NCBI GenBank assembly: GCA_964016885.1
Contig: OZ024741.1
Coordinates: 147,126,001 to 147,190,000 of the forward strand
Length of the DNA: 64,000 nucleotides
Source: Eledone cirrhosa
Lineage: Eukaryota
Direction of reading: 5' to 3'
The notes beneath the pieces were generated by a model. It saw nothing but the letters and a program-made list of their open reading frames with translations, ran no database searches and was not told the DNA's origin. Shown piece after piece: positions 53,935 through 64,000 of this stretch. Numbering within the stretch: position 1 is the stretch's first letter; every line of letters starts with the position of its first letter. Both the position numbers and the translations under genes were made by a program.

Positions 53935-55340
53935 TGGTGTTATACCCAATGACTGGTGTAGCAGCAACATCATTAATTGCTGCAAGAGCAAAAGTGATGC
54001 ACTAGACAGAGGAAACTACGGAGACATCAAGTTGATGGACCAGATCATGAAAATTATAGAAGTCATTGTTAAATTTATTTGGGATCTAATTAACCTAACT
54101 GAGATGCAGTTCGGATTTGTGCCAGGTAAAAGTACCATGGATGCTCTCTTCCTTGTGAGGCATCTGCAGAAGTACCTAGCAAAAAGAAACCCCTCCACTT
54201 GGCATTTGTTGACTTGGAGAAAGCTTTTGACAAGGTCCTTCACTCTGTAATTTGGTGGGCACTTGAAAACTAGGACTAGAAGAGTGGCTAGTGAAGGTGG
54301 TACAAGCCATGTACAGAGGTACAGTCAGTAAGGCTAAAGTTAGTAATGATTATAGTGAGGAGTTTAGTCTGCAAGTTGGGGTCCACCAGGGCTCTGTCCT
54401 TAGCTCTCTCCTATTTATTATTGTCCTCCAGGCTATAACAGAAGAATTTAAGACAGGATGCCCTTTGGAATGCCTGTATGCTGATGATCTAACTCTCGTA
54501 GCTGAATCTATGACAGAACTTGGAACCAAATGGTCTTAAACTCAACTTAACAAAGATCAAAGTCCTAGTAAGCAGTAAGGTATACAAGGCCCTGATCTCT
54601 GCTGGGAAATAACCCTGCTCAGTGTGTAGGAAAGGGGTGGGTATAAATTACATCCTCTGTCCTAATGCAAACTATGAGAACACAAAAGATGGAGCGGGAT
54701 CTCATGTAGGCTAGCAAATAACATAAATTGTACATGTGGGCATTGTATAGGAGCAGTAAGCAGCAAATGCACCCAAGAAATAAACTCTATCAAATTCTTA
54801 GAGCGTACTGTAGAAGCAGTTGACAGTTTCTGTTACCTGGAGTTGGGTGTTCCAAGAGTACAGAAGCCAGAGTGAAAACAGGATGGAAAATATTTAGGGA
54901 GCTACTATTACTGCTAGTTACAAATGGCCTTTCCCTCAAAATAAAGAGCAGATTGTATGAAGCATGTATACGAACTGCACTGCTGCATCATAGCAGTGAG
55001 ACATGGGGTTGTGTAATAGTAATATACAAGAACAGCTAAGCATAAATGAACTGAGAGAGAAATTAGGCATAAGAGGGATCAGATGCTATGTGCAGGAGAG
55101 GCGATTTCTGTGATATGGACATGTGTTGTATATGAAGGATAACAACTGCATAAAAAGGTGCAACATGCTCAAAGTTGATAGAAGCTATGGAGTAGGAAAA
55201 GCTAGAAAGACTTGAGATGAAGTGATAGAAGCTGACTTTGCACAATTACACCTCTCAAAAGCGATGACCCAGGATCAAGATCTCTGGTATTATATTATGC
55301 AGTAATACAGAAGACCCACCTTCCCATATGCATGGGTTGA
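53935..55340 (+). pseudogene. Degenerate RTE ORF (RT through C-terminus) with Cys/His-rich insert
   Basis: QFGFVPGKSTMDALF, VGVHQGSVLS, YADDL, then PCSVCRKGVG..., many stops and frameshifts. Confidence 0.9.
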
Positions 55341-55575
55341 AGCATACATCTGGTATGCACTACCCTTCCATGCATCTCCTACATCGTAACAGGATTTTGT
55401 GATATAACTTTTCATTGTTAAGTTGGTAGTAAAAACAATAAAATTTCTTACATAAAATTATGATGGAAGGCTCGAATGTCAGGTTCCAGGCCCTTTGGAG
55501 CAATTGATAGAGAATGGGAACACATGTAAGTGGGATGCAGGTCTCTGACCCATAAAGATGTCTGAGGCCCTCCTT

Positions 55576-56045
55576 GGGTACTGACAAGTCTATAATGACA
55601 TGTTCACCCCTAGCTAGCAGGGAAAACAAAAGTTAAATGACAACGATAATAATTGTTTCTACTTTTGGCCCAAGGCCAACAAATATCCAGTGCATTACTG
55701 GTACTTTATTTAATCGACCCCGTAAGGATGAAAGGCAAAGTTAACCTCGGCGGGATTTGAACTCAGACCATAAAGGGCCGTAACCCTTTGCTGCCAGTAT
55801 CGGTAGAGGGTCAGACGCCATGCTTTGCAGCAAAGAGTTACGGCCCTTTATGGTCTGAGTTCAAATCCCACTGAGGTTAACTTTGCTTTCATCCTTACGG
55901 GGTCGATAAAATAAAGTACCAGTAATGCACTGGGTAATTGCTGGCCTTGTGCCAAAAGTAGAAACAATTATTATCGTTGTCATTTAACTTCTGTTTTCCC
56001 TGCTAACTAGGGGTGAACATGTCATTACAGGCTTGTCAGTACCCA
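55576..56045. repeat. Inverted duplication of a Nin SINE plus about 75 bp of its flank
   Basis: gggtactgacaag...aattgtttctac... mirrored by ...gtagaaacaatt...cttgtcagtaccc; arms about 220 bp with few mismatches. Confidence 0.9.
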
Positions 56046-56674
56046 AATAATGATAATGATGATGATGATAAATACTTCAAAATGATTTGTTTTGTATTAT
56101 GGATTGGCAGTATCGGTAGAGAGTCAGACACCATGCTTTGAAGCATAGAGTTACCTCCCTTTATGATGTGAGTTCAAATCCTTACGGGGTCGATAAAATA
56201 AAGTACCAGTAATGCACTGGGATAATTGCTGGCCAAAAGTAGAAACAATTACAAAACCAAGGATGGTTTCAGGAGGTTTGATATCAAAAGTGTTACAGTT
56301 ATTTGGATGACATGGGGTTCATGATGTTTACATGTCCTCTCTGCCTGGTGAGAGTGATGTAGTTTTTGTCTAGTCAAAATAACAGCGGGTCAATATTTGT
56401 AGAAACAAAAGAAAAGTATGAGAAGTGAGAGGGAACTGGGAGATCTGACAGAAATGCATGTAACAAAATATATCACTTAGTTGTGGTTGGACGGGCTAAA
56501 TATTAAGATGTGAAAGAATGTCTGACAATAAATGCTCCGCCAGTTCAAGCAGTTTGAAACTTACAGTGACAATAGATTAACAAGGTTTTTATAACTAAGG
56601 TATAATTTTGTATTCATTTTATTGAGTGTTCTTTGCTTTTGACAAATGCAACTTGCTTGAACCTTTATACAGTG

Positions 56675-56740
<66 letters not shown>

Positions 56741-57408
56741 TCATCATCATCACCGTTTAACATCCATTTTCCACACTAGCATGTGTTATACATGTATAAG
56801 GTTTGTGTGTGTGTGTGTATACTTACACACACACAAATCTTCTTATCCTACAACTTATTAAGTGCATTATATAAAACTATTTCGAAAGCACCACACATAT
56901 GCATTTTCACTCTTATTTTCCACACATACACACATATTTGTGTGTATGTGTGTGATGAAGGAATTTACTTGTGTTCTATGTCTAGTTTCTGATTTTATTC
57001 TTATTTGCTAAGTTGATTTTTTTTTTTCATTCATATTTTATTATTATTAATTTCAATTTATTTTTATTTTATTCTATTTTATGTTTTTGTCCCTTGTATT
57101 TTTTCCTCTTCATCAAATCATAGACATCATTTTCTATTGAGAAATTTCAATATCAAATTAGTCTATTCACTGTTGCAAAAATCTAGAGAACTGGTAATGC
57201 CAATAATGCTTGAAATTGTGTTTCATTCATGACTGGCCAAACATGTCCCTGCTTCTATTGCAAGACAGTTATACGATACAAATCACTGAATTCAAGGAAT
57301 CACCAGTAATGGACATATATATAGCTTAACTTATTTTCCTATTTCTTTTACTTTTTACTCTTTTACCTATCTATATATTTATACATATATTTATTAAATT
57401 TGTGTTAG

Positions 57409-57482
<74 letters not shown>

Positions 57483-57608
57483 CTTTGTATTTGTCCCCTT
57501 CTTTTGTGCCCCTGTGGCTAATAAAGAAACATATCTATCTATCTCTATATATATACATACCCATATATACACATACACATCAATATATATATACATATAT
57601 ATATATAC

Positions 57609-57689
<81 letters not shown>

Positions 57690-57693
57690 CATT

Positions 57694-57750
<57 letters not shown>

Positions 57751-58233
57751 CTGATATTCAAACACACATGCATATAGAAAAACACATATATACACATATA
57801 TATACACACACACAAACATATATTTAAATTATATATAGTTTGGTAAATGTTTTTTAAAACATATTCTGTAAAGGATAATGTGAGTATAGTAGAGATATAG
57901 GTGTAAGCTGATGACTAAAGCTTTATATTTGTTTATCCGGTCAGTCAGTCATCAGACATTTTTATTCAGTTATGTCATTCATGTCCTATGTAAATGCATT
58001 AGTGTCATATAAAAACTATTTCTTCTTTACTAACTTATGTAAAAGCTTTTTGTTAATTTAACACATATTAATATATATACATACATATATTAATATATAT
58101 ATATATATATATATACATATATAGGAGGAAGTTGTAGTTTACTTGAAGCATTGTGTAATGAGGTATAAACGTTTGGAGTTGGAAGGCCAATACAACTCCA
58201 AACGTTTATATATATATATACACATATATACAC

Positions 58234-58265
<32 letters not shown>

Positions 58266-58432
58266 TATCATAATTGTTTTTGCATTAGCTTTTCTACCCT
58301 TGCATGAGTGGGACTATCTGCATATGTATATACATATATACTTATGAATCTATACATACACACATACACACGCATATATTTTTTCCAATTCCAATCCGCT
58401 CGGCCCCTCAATCTATCTTGTTTCTCATTCTT

Positions 58433-58468
58433 TCTTCTGATGAAGGACTAGTGTCTGAAACCTTAAGA
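58433..58468 (+). ncRNA. Minimal hammerhead motif
   Basis: tctt-CTGATGA(58437)-aggactagtgtct-GAAAC-(G>C)TT-aaga. Confidence 0.55.
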
Positions 58469-58762
58469 CCCCCTTCCTGCTATATCAAGCGTTAACCTAA
58501 TATATTCCTTCCCTATACTGTATCGATTGTGTTGTTATATCTGTTTACCTTTTACATACATATATATATATATATATATAACGAAGGTCCATAAATAGCC
58601 GTCGAAACGGCTTGAGCTCTGCCGTCGCGGTTAAATATTTTCCTATATATATATATATTGGAAAATGTGTGAAATCGTTGGTACAGTTAGATATATTTGA
58701 AAAAAGGAAAAGAATGACTTCACTTGTAGTTCTAAACAATTTTGTTTAATTTTATAATATTA

Positions 58763-59384
58763 CTAACAGCAGTACCCAGCGTTACCTGGGTAGGTAAAAT
58801 AATATCTGCTTTGATGAAAAGGTGTTGATCTTAGCGAATGCTTCTCGATGACTCATCTATGGCCACACACAGGCCATGCGGGGAAGGGTGTCGATGACCT
58901 CTATCACGGAGAAACGTGGGTGACTGACGAAGGGGCATGCTGGGGGTGGGAGTTTCGAGTTTGAACGAAATTGGTTGAAAAATGTGGGAGCTAGAGCTGA
59001 AAAAGGGAAAATTTGAGCGAAAAGGTGGTATTTTCGAATATTTAAGCGGCTACCACGCCGTTCCTGAACAAAAAATCCAAAATGTAAAGCTACTTTAAGA
59101 CGTGAAATAATCAGATCTAGCGTAGTGTAAAATTTGAACAAAGTGGGTTGATTAATGTGGGAGCTAGAGCCAAAAAGCTTATTTTTAGATACCTAAAGAA
59201 AGGTGACCCCCATATCGATTTTTATCTGCAGAATGACTCCGGAATAAAAAAAAACGATAGAAAACACTCCCCGATGACTAATCTATGAGCCTGTAAAGTT
59301 TCATGAAAATCGGTCGTAAGATGTAGGCCCCTATAGGTAATACACAGACACACACACACATACTTAATTTTATATATATACAGA
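58763..59384 (-). mobile_element. Non-autonomous Helitron-like element
   Basis: Minus strand starts TC then TATATA and (GT)n, ends hairpin cccaggtaacgctggg plus TTAG (CTAG variant); inserted between A and T with no TSD; CpG-rich. Confidence 0.75.
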
Positions 59385-59419
59385 TAATATTATGAGTTGG
59401 TAGATCTAGTGGTTGATGT

Positions 59420-60010
59420 TTGCTTATTGCTTGAGAATTCTTCATTTCTTGTGTTTTTGTATATTCCTGAATTTGAGGGTTTCTTACGGGCTTGTTTTTT
59501 AGATTTTATTTGGTCTTTCCCATAGTTTTTTTCATATTCTTGTAACCATTGTGTTCTTGACTCCAAGATTTTTTTAAATTTTAATACCTCTCTGGTTGTG
59601 TTGCTCTTCCAAAGATCAAAGAGTTTTTCCCGTACATCACCGCTGCTTCTTTTGTTTATTTCTTCTCTAGTGGTGGTGTCGCATTGATCAAATTTTTCTT
59701 TAAATTTTGGCCCTCTTAGATGGAGTAGAGTGATTTCTGTCTCAAGTTTCTGGAGTGCTAGATTTTTATTTTGGTTTCTTCATTTGGTTCCGATGTTATT
59801 TCTTTAATTCAGAATTTTCTCAGGAGGATAACTTGCCCCTTACTTTGCCATATCTCATATGTGTCATCTAGGTTTTCACTCCTCAAGGCTTTCCAGTATG
59901 CCTGTTTTCTTTGGCTTAGTATTTGGTTCCAAATATTTTTCATTTGGTTTCTTTTTTTGAAAGCTTCTTTTTCCAGATTCAGTTCATTCCATTCTTTGAA
60001 CGCATTTTCA
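59420..60010 (-). pseudogene. Unassigned coding-like, charged helical fragment, probably retroelement-derived
   Basis: NAFKEWNELNLEKEAFKKRNQMKNIWNQILSQRKQAYWKALRSENLDDTYEIWQSKGQVILLRKF; purine-rich strand continues past stops; joins an RTE abruptly. Confidence 0.4.
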
Positions 60011-60011
60011 A

Positions 60012-60825
60012 CGATGGATCTAGAGAAATCCTTTAACAGGGTCCCATGCTCCATAATCTGGTCAGCACTCGGGAAGCTAGGTGTAGACAAATGGCTTGTG
60101 AGGGCCATGCAGGCTATGTATAGGGGTGCAACTAGCAGAGTGAGAGTTGGAATTGAGTACAGTGATGAATTTGAAGTGCATTTGGGAGTCCACCAGGAAT
60201 TTATCCTCAGCTCATCCTTCAGGTCATCACTGAGGAGTTTAAAATTGGCATTCCATGAGAGCCCCTATATGCTGATAACCTAGTCTTCATAGCTGAATCT
60301 GTAGGAGAGTTAGAAACAAAAGTTCAAGCAGGGAAGAAGAACCTAGAGTTAAAAGGCATAAAAGTAAATTTAGCAAAGTAAAAAGTCCTAATAAGTAGGA
60401 AAGAGTACAGGAAGGTTATACCATCAAGGAAATGGCCTTCTTCAATATATCAGAAACGGATGGGCAAAAAATTCCATAAACTCTATGTAAACAATGGATG
60501 CACAATAGGTTTAGTGGGATTGCACTTAGGCTAATGGAAAAGGTAGACTTTACATGCTCCAGATGCACCAGGGTAGTGAACACAAATAGATTCCCTCAGC
60601 TGCCAGGGGTGCCCCATAGAAGTTGTTGACAGCTTTCACTACCTATGTGATCAAATTAGTAGTGGGGGGAGGATGCACTGGATAAGAACAGGCTGGAAGA
60701 AGTTTAGAGATCTATTGCAGCTGCTAACAACAACATTTTTTTTTTCTCAAAGTGAAGGGTAGACTGTATGATGCCTGTGTGCGAACTGCAATGTTACATG
60801 ACAGTGAAACATAGGCCTTGTCTGC
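60012..60825 (+). pseudogene. Degenerate RTE RT fragment
   Basis: DLEKSFNRVP, LGVHQ, YADNL, GWKKFRDLL motifs. Confidence 0.85.
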
Positions 60826-61185
60826 CTACACATATCCTCGGTAGTCACTCCCCATGTTTCATTACCATACAGCATCACACTTACCACACAGGTATCATAC
60901 AATCATCCTTTCATTTGTAGGGAAAAACCTTTTGTTGTCAACAGTGAGAGTAGCTCTCTATACTTATTCCATCCTATTCTGATTCTAGCTACTATGCTCT
61001 TGAAGCATTCTTCTCTACTGCTAATTAGATTACTTAGGTAGCAGAAGCTATTAGCTACTTCTATTGATTCTTCTTGTGATTGGAAAAGGTTTATATCATT
61101 AACACTCTTCCCCACAATTACTCCTGTGCATCTATCACATACAAAGTATTCTCTTTCTTTTAGTCTACTTGTTATCCCACTACAT
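60826..61185 (-). pseudogene. Degenerate RTE fragment in opposite orientation
   Basis: IEVANSFCYLSNLIS...ARIRIGWNKYRELL. Confidence 0.8.
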
Positions 61186-61430
61186 CACTTGATTATCCAA
61201 GATTGTGAGCTCACAAAAAGAAGATGGTGTAGGACAGGACAAAGGAGGACACAAAATAACAAATTGGTCACTGAAGAGGTCACAGAATGTGTAACAAAAG
61301 AGCTTTGACAACAAATAAACAACCGTTTGGTTATTAAACCAACCAACTGGAAATTTGTAATAGCTTGGAGTGAAAACCAACAGATGCATGTGTTTTTAAT
61401 GGCAGCATGACCCTCCCAAAATATATATAT
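61185..61430 (+). mobile_element. Solo Penelope pseudo-LTR with decayed hammerhead (61267-61309)
   Basis: Homologous to 38703-38990; gtca-CTGAAGA-ggtcacagaatgtgtaac-(G>A)AAA-gagc-TT-tgac, AATAAA after. Confidence 0.75.
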
Positions 61431-61829
61431 ATAATACTGAGTAGAACTCCATTCAGTTTCTCTCCACCAAATTTCACTCATGAGGCATTGGTCTACCTAA
61501 GGCTATAGTAGAAGACACTTGTGCAATGTGCCACTCAGTGAAGCTGAACACAACCCCACATGGATGCAAAGCAAACTTATTAACCACACAGCCATGCTTT
61601 TGCCTTTATAATATATTTATAAAGAAATTTAAAGAAGAATTTAATGAGAGATCATTAGAATTAATGGCATAGTTTTATCTGTCAAAGAACAAGGCTGAAA
61701 TGGAAGCAGTAGTAAATATGCTTGATTTGTAACAATGCAGATGAAAATATGCAAGTTTCATGAGTTATAATAGCTTTAACACTTTCATGACCATATTTCC
61801 AATGAAATACACTATATTCTAATAATCAA

Positions 61830-62110
61830 TGAGATATGTGCTGCAACTTGTTCTCTGCCTCCAGCCTAGTTGCTTCAGTCACAAATCCAGACTCTGGTGG
61901 TTGTAATGCAGAGGAGAGAAAGATAGTTAAATACCACAGCTTGACCAACCACTTCTTCTTTATACCAGTCTCCACCAAGACCTCTGCTGATTTCCTCCAT
62001 AAAATTGGAAAGACAGCAGCGCACTTGAGGAGAGAGCCCCATGAGATGGGAAGGCTGTTTTAGCAGGTGTCTCGGGCCATTCTCCGCATTAATACTTTTG
62101 CCATTTTATC
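61830..62110 (+). pseudogene. CRE-clade-like LINE C-terminal fragment
   Basis: NAEERKIVKYHSLTNHFFFIPVSTKTS..DFLHKIG...EPHEMGRLF. Confidence 0.65.
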
Positions 62111-63759
62111 CTTGGGCCATGGCTAAGGCATCATTCAGATTGGGGTATTGTCCCTCCCTCTCCCCCATTCTTTCTTTGCTTGATTCTTTTTTCTTTTTCT
62201 TTTTTTCATTTCCCATTTTATTTTGTTTCCTTTAATAATGTGTTCTGTTTCTGTATTAACAACTTTGTAAAATAAAATAACTTAGTATCAAAAAGAAAAT
62301 TTGAAGGCAATCATTATTAAGAAAGTATTTATGACCTAATTAAGCCTTGACCTAGTGGTCGTAAGGTTGTAGCTTAATTTCATGTTACTCCTATTGCCAG
62401 GACTTATGACCAGCAGATAGCATCACCAATGGAATCTTTGTTTGTTTGGTCTGATTGGCTACTTTTTTTATGTTTAATACCAAACAGCCTGTTATTGTCT
62501 TTTTCTATAATACAGAACTGTTTGTTTTAAAATCTTTATATTCTACCAAAAAACTTTGCATCATAACTTTATGTAGGAACTTTTGTCAAATTCCAGTCAT
62601 TACAAAAATAATGGGAAAGTTACTAATTAACTAAATCCCACCAAATTCTTTATTTCAAAATTATTTGAAAATCATAAAGCAATGTTTCATTAGAAATATG
62701 GTAACAAACGGGTTAACAATAGAATCTTATATAAAATTATGATTGAAAACTTCAATTTAAATAGGAATCCTATAAAATAGGTGGTTTTGTGTCACAGAAC
62801 TAAAGGCAATTTTGGATAGGTTGGTATCAAAAGAGTTAAGACATAACTGTGTTTGGAGAGAGAGGAGGGCAGAGATAGAGAGAGGATAGATAGTTAGATA
62901 GATAGAGAGAGAGAGAGAAAGAGAGAGACAGAGTGAGATTGAGATTAATTACCTTTATTTTATTCTACCAGAGAAATAAAATATAGTTCAAATAATGAAA
63001 TAAAATGAAATCAAAATAATAAAACTAAGAATTAAAATTAATTTAGCTAAATAAAACAAAAGTGAAAATAAAACATGATTTATTAGGATACTAAAAGTTA
63101 ATTTAGCAAATATAAATGTTAAAATGTTATTTATTTTACTTGGTACAATGATGTTTTGGTTAAGAGATAATATTGTGAATTAATTTGAGTACAAAATATT
63201 AATAGTGTCTATTTTATTAACAGATGGTGAATTGGCAGAGTCATTAAGGTGTCAGGTAGAATGCTTTATGGTATTCAATCCAACTCTTTGCTCTCTGGTT
63301 TCAAATCTTGCTGAGACCAACTTTATTTTTTACTCTTTTAGGTTTGATAAAGTACCATTCCAGTACTAGGGTTTACTCTTCCTCTCTCTTGCTTTCTTTT
63401 TCTTTGTCTCATAGAGAAATGAGATGTGATCTCTACAGTGTGTATGTGCATGTATAAATGTCTGTGTGTGTATGTGTGTGTGTGTGCAACCGCAACCAAT
63501 GCAGGAATCAAAAATATGGATGTACAATTTTATGTCCATTTGGAAGCATGTTAGATGGATTGTATCTGTAATTCAAAGTGCCAAACCTTGTCACACACTG
63601 TACCATGCTGAACCTTCCTGACAATTGTGTTATGGGTAAAGATGTCTGGGGAATACCCAGCTACTTGTATGTGGGTTTCAGTAGAAGGCCTATCCATTGA
63701 CCAATGTTTTAATGTGTGTAAATGTGTGACGTCCACCCTCAACTAACTTGTCTTCTGTC

Positions 63760-63960
63760 TCTTGGATGGAGAATACATTGCCTTGGAGGACAGAATGGAG
63801 ACATACTTGAACAGATACTCCACTTCGCATTGCTCACACCTGTGGGCAACCAACTCCACTCCAATAGCAGTGAGCATGGATGTGTTCAAGGGGCCAAGAG
63901 CACTGGAAATCTCCACAAAACAATTGATCAAACACATTGTTAAAACCTATGGAGATCCAT
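63760..63960 (+). pseudogene. Highly degenerate CRE-like C-terminal fragment
   Basis: TPIAVSMDVFKGPRALEISTKQLIKHIVKTYGDP resembles P.AVE..G..GP.A......L...I....GD. Confidence 0.4.
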
Positions 63961-64000
63961 TCTATTTCATAATTAGATATAATTAACTACTCCATCCTCA

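Noticed and set aside
58164-58210. 18-bp perfect hairpin as a pre-miRNA or terminator
   Set aside because: Abuts a TA tract and resembles a tiny fold-back remnant; no evidence of function.

Overview
AT-rich, repeat-saturated eukaryotic genomic DNA, most likely intronic or intergenic sequence from an octopod cephalopod. The taxon is inferred from the SINE repertoire (Nin-domain, V-like and CORE-like tRNA-derived SINEs), the RTE LINEs and the dense TA/CA/GA/CAT microsatellites. I can support no host protein-coding gene, rRNA, real tRNA or CRISPR array. Most ORFs in the track are microsatellite read-throughs, and the rest are decayed retroelement fragments: RTE, Penelope GIY-YIG, CRE and R4/Dong-type restriction-like endonuclease, and a CR1/Jockey-type 3' end. 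DNA-transposon derivatives include TTAA/CCC piggyBac-like MITEs, a long fold-back element and a non-autonomous Helitron. The most striking signal is about a dozen short units, mostly sitting in (TA)n tracts and often fold-backs, that carry minimal type I hammerhead ribozyme motifs (CTGANGA - stem II - GAAA - palindromic stem III - NUH, often followed by AATAAA). They come from several sequence-unrelated families and are concentrated at about 38.7-46 kb and 50-61 kb. One is physically attached to a Penelope GIY-YIG ORF. All family assignments come from motif recognition by eye, not database searches, and boundaries of degenerate elements are approximate.
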